Source of the DNA: a virus
DNA: 64,000 nucleotides
Virus record (IMG/VR): IMGVR_UViG_3300008266_009503
Coordinates: 9,671-73,670 of that record
Reading direction: 5' to 3' (one strand)
Shown: positions 55,224 through 64,000 of the stretch, in pieces
How the letters are laid out: every line of letters starts with the position of its first letter
Numbering within the stretch: position 1 is the stretch's first letter
Translations under genes and position numbers: made by a program
Notes under the pieces: model-generated
Databases searched by the model: none
What the model saw: the letters and a program-made list of their open reading frames with translations, nothing else
Told to the model about the DNA's origin: nothing

Positions 55224-55250
55224 AAAAAAAGCCGCTTTTTAGGCGGCTTT
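55224..55250 (-). terminator. Rho-independent terminator after the tail tube gene
   Basis: AAAGCCGC-CTAAAAA-GCGGCTTT followed by a T-run on the minus strand. Confidence 0.85.
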
Positions 55251-55276
55251 CTTAACATATTGAGAATCAATGTACT

Positions 55277-55762
55277 CTAGAAGTTGAGGATACAATAATC
55301 CATTCCAATTCCAAGTTCGATTGTGATTGCATCTTGGTTAGACCAATCATAAGAACCGAAGTTTGCGGTCTTAACGAAAGCTCCTTTGATAATCCACTCA
55401 CTCACCACATCGCCTACTGGACCTAAAATAGAAAGGTTAAGGTCTTTCTTGTAGAAATCAGAATAACCATCACGGCCAGTTACAGATTCATGTGATAAAC
55501 GAATCCACTCCATACAGGCTTGTTGACCAGAAGGAGAAATTGGATTGTAGAGGTTAAGAGTCATATCTTGCCACTCAGCCTTACCTTTAATCTTACGGTA
55601 CACGTTGATATGATCAAGCTTCACTTCGTTCAAATTAATGTTTGGTGCTGTAGCACTCTTAATCATGAAGGAAGGAATACCATCTACATACATGATAAAG
55701 CGATTTTGAACTGTTGGTTCAAACGCTGTAAACATTATCTCATTAGGATCGAGCACCGGCAT
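55277..55762 (-). CDS. Tail tube protein (gp19-like)
   Basis: FEP...NRF, KG.AEW, W....E..TG..GY..YKKD; follows the sheath gene. Confidence 0.88.
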   Translation of the reverse strand: MPVLDPNEIMFTAFEPTVQNRFIMYVDGIPSFMIKSATAPNINLNEVKLDHINVYRKIKGKAEWQDMTLNLYNPISPSGQQACMEWIRLSHESVTGRDGYSDFYKKDLNLSILGPVGDVVSEWIIKGAFVKTANFGSYDWSNQDAITIELGIGMDYCILNF

Positions 55763-55787
55763 AGTTATTCTAGTTTAATTCTTACTT

Positions 55788-55794
55788 ATAAATA
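55788..55794 (-). promoter_or_regulatory. Putative late promoter core TATTTAT (representative copy)
   Basis: The same heptamer recurs upstream of many starts: 13882, 17888, 18134, 19540, 22263, 29556, 36478, 38600, 53787, 54833, 58449, 59040, 62623. Confidence 0.65.
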
Positions 55795-55820
55795 TCCAAT
55801 AACGAATTTATTCACTTATA

Positions 55821-56219
55821 CTAGGCAACTGGTTTGCTAGCAACGTTTGCTGCTTTTTTCCTAGCTTTATCTTTTAGTGCTGCAGATATTACTGATTCGC
55901 TTACTTCGCCTTCGTCTACTTTATGCTTAGAAGACATTTCCATTTCTTGAATCTTTTTGTCGATTGCAGCTTTAGCAGCTTTCAATTCTTCTAAGCTCTT
56001 ACCGTCTTTTTTCTCAGCTACCTTAGTCTCCATTTCTTTCATTGGCTTTTCTTCAGCTTTGTGCATTTTAGCAGCTTTGTCGTGCTTCATCTTAGGACCT
56101 TTTACAGCTTCTGTATAAGCACCGCCAGACATATCTTTATTTTCAGCAACTATTTGCTTTGCGAGAGATTCAAACAATTGCTTGGAGAGATGCAATCTAA
56201 TCTTAGTATTATTTTTCAT
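55821..56219 (-). CDS. Lys/Glu-rich hypothetical protein
   Basis: Lies between the sheath and tube genes. Confidence 0.65.
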   Translation of the reverse strand: MKNNTKIRLHLSKQLFESLAKQIVAENKDMSGGAYTEAVKGPKMKHDKAAKMHKAEEKPMKEMETKVAEKKDGKSLEELKAAKAAIDKKIQEMEMSSKHKVDEGEVSESVISAALKDKARKKAANVASKPVA

Positions 56220-56237
56220 TTACGTGTTTGTTTTATA

Positions 56238-58427
56238 TTATTGTCCAAAAGTTACACCTGTCGGTAAGACGTTAAAGTCAAGTTGAATAAATTCAGCAGT
56301 CCTAGTCGGCTGTAAGTAAATAGCACCTACAAGTAAGTTTCTATCGATTACATCCGGTGTATTGTTGGTATCGTCCATTACTACACGGAAAGCATATAAT
56401 CCTTGACGCTGTTGTACGTAATCTAAGTATGGATTAACTTGAGACAAGAATTTGTTTCTTGTTACAGCAGTATTTTGTTCGAATACCAAAGTCTGTGCAA
56501 TTTGTCCGATATAAGATTTCAATGCAATCAACAAACGCCTTACGTTTACACGATCAAGAGCAGAAGCTTTAGACTGTAAAGTCTTTTGTCCGTAGATTAC
56601 AGTGCCTTGTCCTGGGAAGATTGCAATTGGGTTGACTTTTGCAGTGTAAAGAGTGTTTCTTTGAGAAACAGTCAACCTTCTTTCTGGTTGAATTACAGTT
56701 GGAAGACCTCCTCTTGTAAGACCTGCAGGTGCAAACCATTCAGCAGCAACCTTATCGTTGTATTCATATACAGCTGGAACTATTAAAGAGGCAGGTACGA
56801 AATTTAAACGACCAGTCTCAGTAGATCTAATCTGTACCCATGGCCAATAAGTAGCACCGTAGGAATTGTCGTAAGATTGAGCAGCAATAGATACTGCTGT
56901 GATAGATTGATTATAGCTAACCATGTCTACTACTGCAATGGCATCACCACGATTCTGTGCTACTGAAAGCAGAGCACTTATTTGAGTGGCAGCATTTTGG
57001 TTTGTTAATCCTGGAGCATAAATTGCGTTATACACATATGCATCCTGGTTAGCAAGAAGGTTAATAGCTGTATCATAATCTCCTGCTCTTAAACCTTGGA
57101 TGTTTTTAGCATCGGTATTGGCTATAGCAGCAGGGATTGCTTCGTACATGTTAAGTGGAGCTGTAGAAGCTTCGGTTGTTGGATTTAAACATCCATACAG
57201 AGGTCCAGCAGCACCGCCAAATGCACCATTATACGAACCAGATCCATTTACTGGAATAGAAGCTGTATACTGAGATTGTGCTTGGCCTGTTGGTCCAAGA
57301 TAGTTTGGAGTTGGGTAGTTAACTTGCCTAACCCTAACATAATTAGAAGCGTTAGGATAGCTTCCAGTAATCTGAAGGTAGTCTTGACCAGCTTCGTCGG
57401 TAAGGACTTGCTGAGTTTGATTACCTATTACATACTCGATGTAGTTGTTTTGGTTAGGGTCGAGAGAAATATTTGACCAAGTCTCAAGTACTGTTTGGTT
57501 TGTGGTATAGTCATCACCTCTTCTAATGAGTAAAGTGAAGTAACCTGAAGCACTATCTGCTTGTGCAATTTGCCATCTGATATTATTAGCAGAACCAGAA
57601 GGAAGTACACCGTTAACTGCACCAGTAGCTCCTTGAATGTTATTCATTACAGTACCTACAGAAATGGTTTCGAGTTCGAAAGCACTTCCCGGTGTTGAAG
57701 CCGTACCGCCACTTAAAGTAGCTTGTAAGGTACCAGAGCCAGAAGGAGATCCGACCGGCAAGTTTGAATATACCTTAGTTCCATTTCCGTTGACAGATCC
57801 GCTGATAACAATATTAGATCCTACAGAAGATAGGGTTAAGCCTAATTCTGGAATGCTATTAGCAAAGGAAATTAAAGAAGCAGTCCATTGACCTATAGTA
57901 TAAGAACTTCCTAAGTTCGGACTAAAGTACCCGTAGTCTAAAGTATCAGAGTAGGAGTTGTAATTGCTTCCGAAAGCAGCTCCTGCTAGATAAATGTAAT
58001 TATTGTTTGAATCAACAAATGCAACAGCAATTCCTGATCCAGTCTGAGCTGATGTTAAACCAGATACACTAAAAGCAGCATTTGCTGAAGCGCCTGCTAC
58101 TGATGCAATACTGTTAGCAACAGATGCGGTAGCGGCAGTATAAGAACCGCTAGCTACCCTAGTTACTAACAGAGAAGTACCTCCTTGCTGAAAATAATTA
58201 TAAGCAGCCTGAGAGGTCATGTACTCGTAAGTGTTACCACCAGATATAAAAGTAGTTCCGAACTTAGCTCTATACTGAGAATAAGACGTTACTAGTGTTG
58301 GAATATCTGCTCTACCTACTACCGTAGGTCCGATTAAAGCCGACCCTACTGTAATTGGTCCTGCTGTTATTTGGGAAAGGTCGTTTTCTCTCAAGAAAAC
58401 ACCGGGACTAATAAGCGCTTCTGCCAT
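56238..58427 (-). CDS. Tail sheath protein (gp18-like)
   Basis: SPGV..RE.D; YWPW; WFAPAG..RG; VNPI; GQKT; RVNVRRL; FEQN; P....EFI.L.F. Confidence 0.95.
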   Translation of the reverse strand: MAEALISPGVFLRENDLSQITAGPITVGSALIGPTVVGRADIPTLVTSYSQYRAKFGTTFISGGNTYEYMTSQAAYNYFQQGGTSLLVTRVASGSYTAATASVANSIASVAGASANAAFSVSGLTSAQTGSGIAVAFVDSNNNYIYLAGAAFGSNYNSYSDTLDYGYFSPNLGSSYTIGQWTASLISFANSIPELGLTLSSVGSNIVISGSVNGNGTKVYSNLPVGSPSGSGTLQATLSGGTASTPGSAFELETISVGTVMNNIQGATGAVNGVLPSGSANNIRWQIAQADSASGYFTLLIRRGDDYTTNQTVLETWSNISLDPNQNNYIEYVIGNQTQQVLTDEAGQDYLQITGSYPNASNYVRVRQVNYPTPNYLGPTGQAQSQYTASIPVNGSGSYNGAFGGAAGPLYGCLNPTTEASTAPLNMYEAIPAAIANTDAKNIQGLRAGDYDTAINLLANQDAYVYNAIYAPGLTNQNAATQISALLSVAQNRGDAIAVVDMVSYNQSITAVSIAAQSYDNSYGATYWPWVQIRSTETGRLNFVPASLIVPAVYEYNDKVAAEWFAPAGLTRGGLPTVIQPERRLTVSQRNTLYTAKVNPIAIFPGQGTVIYGQKTLQSKASALDRVNVRRLLIALKSYIGQIAQTLVFEQNTAVTRNKFLSQVNPYLDYVQQRQGLYAFRVVMDDTNNTPDVIDRNLLVGAIYLQPTRTAEFIQLDFNVLPTGVTFGQ

Positions 58428-58486
58428 GTCAATAAATTATTTATACTAATAAATAGCTGTTATCGGTGGCAAAACCTAATTTATTC

Positions 58487-58753
58487 TCAAGCGGGCTGGT
58501 CTTGCTTTTCAATGGGGGTAATTTCACCTGATTGGAAATCAACAGTACTGTCTCCGTACTTCTCACCTAAAGCTTGCATGTGTTCTTGTTGCTTCTTAGC
58601 ATTCTCTCTAATACTTACCTTAATAGCCTCTAATTCGAATTCAATAAGTGTTTTCTGATAAGCAAATTCACCGAGAACTGCTCCTAAACGATTGGCTTCA
58701 TTACGAATGGCCTGTAGATCTTGTAATTCTTCTGGAGTTAATTTTTGACTCAT
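58487..58753 (-). CDS. Small coiled-coil protein
   Basis: Heptad pattern; EKYG...D..SGEI. Confidence 0.65.
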   Translation of the reverse strand: MSQKLTPEELQDLQAIRNEANRLGAVLGEFAYQKTLIEFELEAIKVSIRENAKKQQEHMQALGEKYGDSTVDFQSGEITPIEKQDQPA

Positions 58754-58755
58754 GT

Positions 58756-59019
58756 TTATTTAGATTTTTTTGGTTTTGTAACTGGTTTGGCTGCTTTTTT
58801 TACAGCTTCAATTGTTGGTTTCTCTTCAACCTTCTTTTCTTCGACCTTTTTTTCTTCAGGTTTTTCCTCTTCTACCTCTTTTTCTTCTACAGGAAGCTTC
58901 ACTACTCGAGCTTCTACAATATCCTCTGTAAGAGAATTATTTTTCCTCTGTTGGGATTTATAAACCAATACACTGATTCCGATTGCAAGCAGGATAACGA
59001 AAAATAATGTGCCTATCAT
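58756..59019 (-). CDS. Membrane-anchored Lys/Glu-rich protein
   Basis: N-terminal TM; VEEKK repeats. Confidence 0.65.
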   Translation of the reverse strand: MIGTLFFVILLAIGISVLVYKSQQRKNNSLTEDIVEARVVKLPVEEKEVEEEKPEEKKVEEKKVEEKPTIEAVKKAAKPVTKPKKSK

Positions 59020-59070
59020 AATTAATGTTTTTACTATATATAAATATAAGGATTTCTGTAAGAACGTAGT

Positions 59071-59283
59071 TTAACTTTTTTTAAGTCCAAATTTTATCCA
59101 CCTATACCATACCCTCTCGTGAAGGTAATACTGAACAGGTTTGTATATTAATTCCGCTACTCCAAAAGCAGCTCCTATTTTAACACTTCCGCTTACACTC
59201 CACATAATTAAAAAACCTATTAGAGTGCTTACAACCCGGTAGCTAATTGTTTTTGCTATATGCCTTTTTCTACTTACGTGCAT
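59071..59283 (-). CDS. DUF2061-like small membrane protein
   Basis: RHIAKTISYR...K...YY.HERVW....FG. Confidence 0.8.
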   Translation of the reverse strand: MHVSRKRHIAKTISYRVVSTLIGFLIMWSVSGSVKIGAAFGVAELIYKPVQYYLHERVWYRWIKFGLKKS

Positions 59284-59621
59284 AGTCCTTCATTTCTATT
59301 TAAATTGATACCGACTGCTCTATCGACTTCAGGTACTTCCGGGTCCTTATCATTGATAATATACCTCGTACCTCTACCAATTCCCATTACTAACTGATGG
59401 TACTTAACACCGATTTTTTCTAGTTCTTGTTTTGTAAACAACTCAAATTCTATAGGTCGAGCAGTTGTAATTACTACATGAGCACCATTATCATATTCGT
59501 TATTTACCTTATCAATAACGCTCTGTATAGGTGTAGGCGGTACTTCATTTATCTCAGTAAATTTTCTATACCTGATTAATGTACCGTCTATGTCTACAAA
59601 GTAGGTAGGATATTTTATCAT
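59274..59621 (-). CDS. Minimal HAD-family phosphatase
   Basis: DIDGTL, TTAR, INDK. Confidence 0.8.
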   Translation of the reverse strand: MIKYPTYFVDIDGTLIRYRKFTEINEVPPTPIQSVIDKVNNEYDNGAHVVITTARPIEFELFTKQELEKIGVKYHQLVMGIGRGTRYIINDKDPEVPEVDRAVGINLNRNEGLCT

Positions 59622-60004
59622 AGCTTACCCTCCGCTTTCATCTGCTCACGAATCTTCGTAGCAGAAATATCGTGTATTTCCTGCGGCGGTACATGCTCTA
59701 TAATATCATAGCCAACACCCCTACCAATATTGATAGATTCAATATCAGGTATAATAATAACTTTAAGCCTTCCTGCTTCGACCAAGTCTTCGAGTTCATT
59801 GAATAAATTTAACATTATTTCCGGAGGACTCCAAGGATTTTTTTCATCCGGTTCTACATCTCTAATACATAGCATCACATCCTTTCCCTCATTAAGGGCT
59901 TGATCAATTAACCACCGGTGCCCTGAATGCCAGGGTTGCCACCTTCCGATAAACATTGCATACCTTCCTGACTTACTTGCTGCTTTAACTAAGTGATTTT
60001 TCAT
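59618..60004 (-). CDS. HxGH nucleotidyltransferase (cytidylyltransferase / ATP-sulfurylase-like)
   Basis: GRWQPWHSGH, GRGVGY, ISATKIR. Confidence 0.8.
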   Translation of the reverse strand: MKNHLVKAASKSGRYAMFIGRWQPWHSGHRWLIDQALNEGKDVMLCIRDVEPDEKNPWSPPEIMLNLFNELEDLVEAGRLKVIIIPDIESINIGRGVGYDIIEHVPPQEIHDISATKIREQMKAEGKL

Positions 60005-60419
60005 CTTTGTACTTTTTAATCGATTTAATACACTCCTCTACGCTAGTCTTAGACGTATCTAATGATAATATACGTTCTTCTGTTGGAAGTTCAAAATCTT
60101 TTACATGAAAATTTTCTCTTCCTCTCTCTCCTTCGTAAGTCAAGTATACCCAAATCACTTCTTTGCAAAGATTATTAAGGTACTCCCTAGCTTCTTTGAT
60201 TGGATACACCAAAGACAAAACTACATCGTATCCCTTCTTATCTAGGTAAACAGCAATATCACTAGCCCGGTTAAGGTTCTTTATCCTACCCTCTCGACTA
60301 TAATCTGTGTTCACGAAAATACTTCTGAGATCATCTCCATCAATGTAATGATCGGCTGTAATCTTTTTTGCTAGAGTTGATTTACCGCTGTGTGGTTGTC
60401 CGAATAAGACTAGAATCAT
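59985..60419 (-). CDS. cysC: Adenylylsulfate (APS) kinase-like protein
   Basis: GQPHSGKSTLA, IDGDDLR, DYS.EGR.KN..R, S.V.P....R. Confidence 0.75.
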   Translation of the reverse strand: MILVLFGQPHSGKSTLAKKITADHYIDGDDLRSIFVNTDYSREGRIKNLNRASDIAVYLDKKGYDVVLSLVYPIKEAREYLNNLCKEVIWVYLTYEGERGRENFHVKDFELPTEERILSLDTSKTSVEECIKSIKKYKDEKSLS

Positions 60420-61378
60420 TGTTTATCTATTGATTTAAAGATATTACTTATTTCAAACATCTCTGTCACATCCATATATGGACATTCGTGTATGTTTCCT
60501 TCAAAAGAATAATCGAAGAGATAAGAATCTATAAGCTTTACATTCCCTTTTGGCGGTTTTGCTGCAATGTTGGAGTGTATGTCATACCCGAAATTCTTGG
60601 GGGTAGTACCTATCCACAAAACCGTAGACTTTAACTGCATAGCAGCAGCAGCATGTTGTAGACAAGAATCAATTAGTACTCGCCTGTCCGATAAAACGAG
60701 CATAGCAAATAATTCGTGATTTGTCATAGGACGGTTGATAAACTCAACACCCGGTAGGGCGTGTCCTGGATCTCTACCTATCTGTATTATGTGGTACTTA
60801 CTAGAATACTTCTCTACAATAGCTTGTCCAATACTATAAGGCATGTCTCTTGTCCAAGAATACAAAGTTTCTTGCTGTAAAGGTCCTCCGTTGGTATGTA
60901 ATATCATCGTAGGCCTATCTCTCTTCCAATTATACACAATCTCTTTTTGAATCATGTTTGGATAGAGAATAGGTTGCTGTTTCTCGTACTTAATGCTTAA
61001 AAGATCACACCAATTATCAATCAAATGTTTCTTGTGTGTTATATGATCTGACTGGAAGTAAGGTTCGTGTCTATATACGATTGTATCTTTATCCTTGATG
61101 TAATCATCGTAGAAGTAAGAAGTCATTCCTACCCTATACACCCTATGTATATCAGGGTGATTCAAAAATACTTCAGGATATGATACTACAAGTATTAACT
61201 TTCTATCTTTATGCTTTTGCTTTACCGAAGAAATTAAAGCTGTTGCAGCTATATTCTTTCCTAATCCGCCCTCAATATGCCAAATGACATATTTAGTACT
61301 GTTGTTTGACTTATCTTCCAAAACTGCTAATTTTTCTTGTTTTTGTAAATCAGATTCTGTTCTATAACCTACATTCAT
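60416..61378 (-). CDS. GT9-like glycosyltransferase
   Basis: GGLGKNI, IDS...HAAAA.....VLW..T....GY. Confidence 0.7.
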   Translation of the reverse strand: MNVGYRTESDLQKQEKLAVLEDKSNNSTKYVIWHIEGGLGKNIAATALISSVKQKHKDRKLILVVSYPEVFLNHPDIHRVYRVGMTSYFYDDYIKDKDTIVYRHEPYFQSDHITHKKHLIDNWCDLLSIKYEKQQPILYPNMIQKEIVYNWKRDRPTMILHTNGGPLQQETLYSWTRDMPYSIGQAIVEKYSSKYHIIQIGRDPGHALPGVEFINRPMTNHELFAMLVLSDRRVLIDSCLQHAAAAMQLKSTVLWIGTTPKNFGYDIHSNIAAKPPKGNVKLIDSYLFDYSFEGNIHECPYMDVTEMFEISNIFKSIDKQ

Positions 61379-61381
61379 TTT

Positions 61382-62203
61382 TTAAATTTGATATCCGAAA
61401 TCGTTAAAAAACCACTTATAGCTGTCCTCTAGTATACGGCAAGCGTTTGGACCTAGCACCTCTAGAAAGTCGTTTTTAACAGGCTTTAGCTTACCTCTAA
61501 TAACGTGATCTCCAAAGATCCCGTACCATTTATCATCTTCTTTAGTGTACTGTGGGATATTGTTAAAATCATGTTTAAAATAGGGGAGCTCTAAGTATTC
61601 GTATACACGCTTCATCTGAGCATCTGGATCTAAACAAAGTTCTTCGAACTTAATGAATAGAACATGCTGATGAGTTCCTTGAACTAAAACTTGGTACAAC
61701 CTATCCATAGCAGGACCGATTGGAGGATTAGCAGACCAGACTTGCATTCTTTTATCTGTCGTAGTACCTGTTAAATTTCCCCAGTTTGCAATATGGTGGT
61801 CTGTGAGAGGGTTCTGCCTATACTTTTTTTCCAGAGAAGAGTAAATTGCCCTGACATCCCTGATCATGCAGATAATCTTAGGATTAGGGTCGAATGCATT
61901 AATAAACTCGTACTCAGAACTCCATCCCCTACACTTATCAACCACATAGGGCCTGTCGGTGAGAGGTTCATAGAATCCGTAAAGTGCAGATTTGAGTAGA
62001 GACTTAAATCCAGTCTCCATCTCCTTAGTATCTTGTGCCTTAAACTCTAACCCGTCTGTATAGATGGTACGACAAGCCGATAGCATCTCATACAGTCCCG
62101 AGGTGGGAGTTGTATGGATGCTAGGGTTTTGTCCTAAAATATTTTGTATTAAGGTAGAGCCAGCTCTAGGAAGAGAGCTATTGTAGAATATCCGTTGAAT
62201 CAT
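61382..62203 (-). CDS. PAPS-dependent sulfotransferase
   Basis: LPRAGSTL (5'-PSB loop), RD......S (3'-PB), FEEL..DP......Y.YL.L. Confidence 0.88.
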   Translation of the reverse strand: MIQRIFYNSSLPRAGSTLIQNILGQNPSIHTTPTSGLYEMLSACRTIYTDGLEFKAQDTKEMETGFKSLLKSALYGFYEPLTDRPYVVDKCRGWSSEYEFINAFDPNPKIICMIRDVRAIYSSLEKKYRQNPLTDHHIANWGNLTGTTTDKRMQVWSANPPIGPAMDRLYQVLVQGTHQHVLFIKFEELCLDPDAQMKRVYEYLELPYFKHDFNNIPQYTKEDDKWYGIFGDHVIRGKLKPVKNDFLEVLGPNACRILEDSYKWFFNDFGYQI

Positions 62204-62245
62204 AACAATAAATTACAGAACTTTAATTAAATTAGCAACTTTTTT

Positions 62246-62590
62246 TTAGAATCCCATTCCGTTAGCGCTTCCAGATACAATAGCAACAACAGTTGTTCCT
62301 TGTTCATCTGCAAGTGCATCTAAAATAACAGAATCATCTTCTCCCCAAGTAGTAATGGTGCTTCCGGAAAGTACTACGTTATCGGAATGAACAACGTTGA
62401 ATTTCACTACACTCCCGCTCTCAAAAACGCAATTGCCGTAAGATACGCGGAAGTTTACTTGATTGGCACCGAGAGGATATTGGTTTGCTACAGCAGTCAT
62501 ATAAGAGCCAGTAATAAATTCTGGAGCTGGATTAAAGAGCGTGTCTTGAGTAGCAATACTAAGTACCGGGTTAATTTGACCGAAAATCAT
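62246..62590 (-). CDS. Hypothetical protein (possibly virion-associated)
   Basis: TATTTAT upstream; WGEDD motif. Confidence 0.6.
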   Translation of the reverse strand: MIFGQINPVLSIATQDTLFNPAPEFITGSYMTAVANQYPLGANQVNFRVSYGNCVFESGSVVKFNVVHSDNVVLSGSTITTWGEDDSVILDALADEQGTTVVAIVSGSANGMGF

Positions 62591-62629
62591 GGCTTTATTT
62601 TTTTGTTTTAATTGTTACGATAATAAATA

Positions 62630-63268
62630 TCAGCGTTTTTTGAAGAGAAGGTCTAATTGAAAAATAGCTCCGCCATAAAGTTGAGGAAAACTGTGATACT
62701 CGACTATATCGATAATGCAAAAACCGTAATCTATCATCTTATCTACTACGTGTGCTACCAATGGAGCTTTTTCGTTGTATTCTACCAGAGATACTTCGCA
62801 GTTGACGAACTCAGTTCTAGATAAAGTCTCAGTTCCTCCGTTTAAAATATCTAGCTCCGATCCCTGGACGTCTATTTTGATAAGATCGATGGGCTGATGT
62901 TGAAATAGGTTTAGACTATCTAATGTCTTAGTCGGTACTCTAACTGTTTCGTACTTCCCTTCTCCGTACCAATCTGTATTTTCTTTATACAAGGAAGCAC
63001 CTGTTGCTACTGGGTTTATTTTCTCAACATAAAGATCAGCATAGCCTTCTTTGTCAGATAGTGCTACAATACTGTACGGCTTTCCTAATAATCGTAAATA
63101 AGGCTCGCAATTAGGGTTAGCCTCAATCATTACAGACCTACATTCTGGATATCGGTAGCTGAGTTGTTTGGTAAAGTTTCCGATGTGGGCTCCGATGTCG
63201 ATTGCTCTTGCTGGGTTAATGTGCTTAAAAAGTTTGTCCATTCGTCTATTCTTTGATCCCAACTCCAT
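62630..63268 (-). CDS. FkbM-family methyltransferase
   Basis: IDIGAHIG, IEAN, TLD, IKIDVQGSEL.IL.GG. Confidence 0.88.
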   Translation of the reverse strand: MELGSKNRRMDKLFKHINPARAIDIGAHIGNFTKQLSYRYPECRSVMIEANPNCEPYLRLLGKPYSIVALSDKEGYADLYVEKINPVATGASLYKENTDWYGEGKYETVRVPTKTLDSLNLFQHQPIDLIKIDVQGSELDILNGGTETLSRTEFVNCEVSLVEYNEKAPLVAHVVDKMIDYGFCIIDIVEYHSFPQLYGGAIFQLDLLFKKR

Positions 63269-64000
63269 CTTGGAGCGTATACTTGTTTTTGTAATTCTAA
63301 ATGTGAATCTAATTCGCCATTCTTTATTTTACTAATTTCTTCATCCAATATATCAGCAAATCTTTTAGCGTGTAGTTCTTTACTTGCTAAATAAGGATAC
63401 ATACGAGCCCACCCCTCTGTTGTTTCAGGTAGAGCACCTAAATTAGATGTTACTACTCTTAATCCTGCAGATAATGCCTCTATTACAGTAATGCAAGACG
63501 TTTCTTCAAACGTATTAGGATAGGCTAGAATATCAAATGTATGAAGTTCTTTACGTAGTTGCTCATTAGATACATTACCTCTATACACAACATCATCTAA
63601 TGCTTCACATTTATCGTATAGATCTTGATAATAGTTTTCATTATTAATAGCGAAGTCTTTGCCATATATTTTTGTGCTGGAGAATATATGTAATTCAACA
63701 TTTTCTGATTTAAGTAATTCCCAAGCAGCCAGCAATATATCTAAGCCTCTCCACGGTGTTGAGGTATAACATAATTTTACTTTATCTCGTTTTCCAGGTT
63801 GTCTTTGTTCTACACCAATACAAGCATTTTTGATTACATGTGTTTTGTATCCTGGAATGTTAAATGTCTTTCTAAATTGTTCTGACTGCCAGTGTGATAC
63901 AAACACAAACTGATTAATATCATCCACGTTTTCTTGGTTTTGTAGAAGTTGAACTGCATTTTGATCATACGATAACTGATTCCAATATATTGTTGGTTTA
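63130..64000 (-). CDS. GT4 glycosyltransferase (5' end beyond window)
   Basis: STP.RGL, YP...ETSCI..IEA..AG.....SN.GALPET; frame is open to the window edge. Confidence 0.85.
   Translation of the reverse strand, partial: KPTIYWNQLSYDQNAVQLLQNQENVDDINQFVFVSHWQSEQFRKTFNIPGYKTHVIKNACIGVEQRQPGKRDKVKLCYTSTPWRGLDILLAAWELLKSENVELHIFSSTKIYGKDFAINNENYYQDLYDKCEALDDVVYRGNVSNEQLRKELHTFDILAYPNTFEETSCITVIEALSAGLRVVTSNLGALPETTEGWARMYPYLASKELHAKRFADILDEEISKIKNGELDSHLELQKQVYAPRWSWDQRIDEWTNFLSTLTQQEQSTSEPTSETLPNNSATDIQNVGL

Noticed and set aside
30659-57622. Alternative-frame minus ORFs 30659..30847, 36232..36417 and 57428..57622
   Set aside because: Nested in or overlapping better-supported genes, with no independent signals.
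2932-62611. All other plus-strand ORFs in the track
   Set aside because: They lie antisense to well-supported minus-strand genes and show no motifs; treated as shadows.
1-64000. Stop-codon reassignment
   Set aside because: Genes are full length in the standard code, TAA, TAG and TGA all end genes, and there is no suppressor tRNA.

Overview
The window is an AT-rich segment of a large contractile-tailed (T4-like, myovirus-type) bacteriophage genome. Every credible gene lies on the minus strand. The host is probably in Bacteroidota (inference from promoter shape, the tmRNA tag ending YALAA, D-S/T-x glycosylation motifs and the gene set). From left to right: (1) 1-13.7 kb, a glycan/acyl-aminosugar island with glycosyltransferases, a DegT aminotransferase, PhyH dioxygenase, LbH acyltransferase, FabG/FabH, WecB and FkbM; (2) 13.7-15.4 kb, a nuclease and small proteins; (3) 15.4-18.1 kb, an RNA island with two tRNA-Leu, a tmRNA with a 23-aa tag, several tRNA-like elements sharing one acceptor stem/T-arm but with unrelated middles, and structured spacers interleaved with small membrane/lipoprotein ORFs; (4) 18.1-22.7 kb, thioredoxin, metallophosphoesterase, GroEL/GroES and Hsp20; (5) 22.7-34 kb, family A DNA polymerase plus a complete 7-deazaguanine DNA-modification cluster (folE, queD, queE, queC, queF, DpdA-like protein, PurN-like formyltransferase, an NMP-kinase-like gene) interrupted by an HNH endonuclease carrying a kissing-loop leader RNA; (6) 34-43.8 kb, class II RNR, DnaB, HNH, FEN, DenV, RecA, SSB and a second short PolA paralog; (7) 43.9-58.4 kb, baseplate and tail genes, including a chaperone pair with a +1/-2 slippery site, tape measure, tube and sheath; (8) 58.5-64 kb, a PAPS/sulfotransferase/glycosyltransferase module. 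All calls come from motif recognition by eye. No database search or folding program was run.
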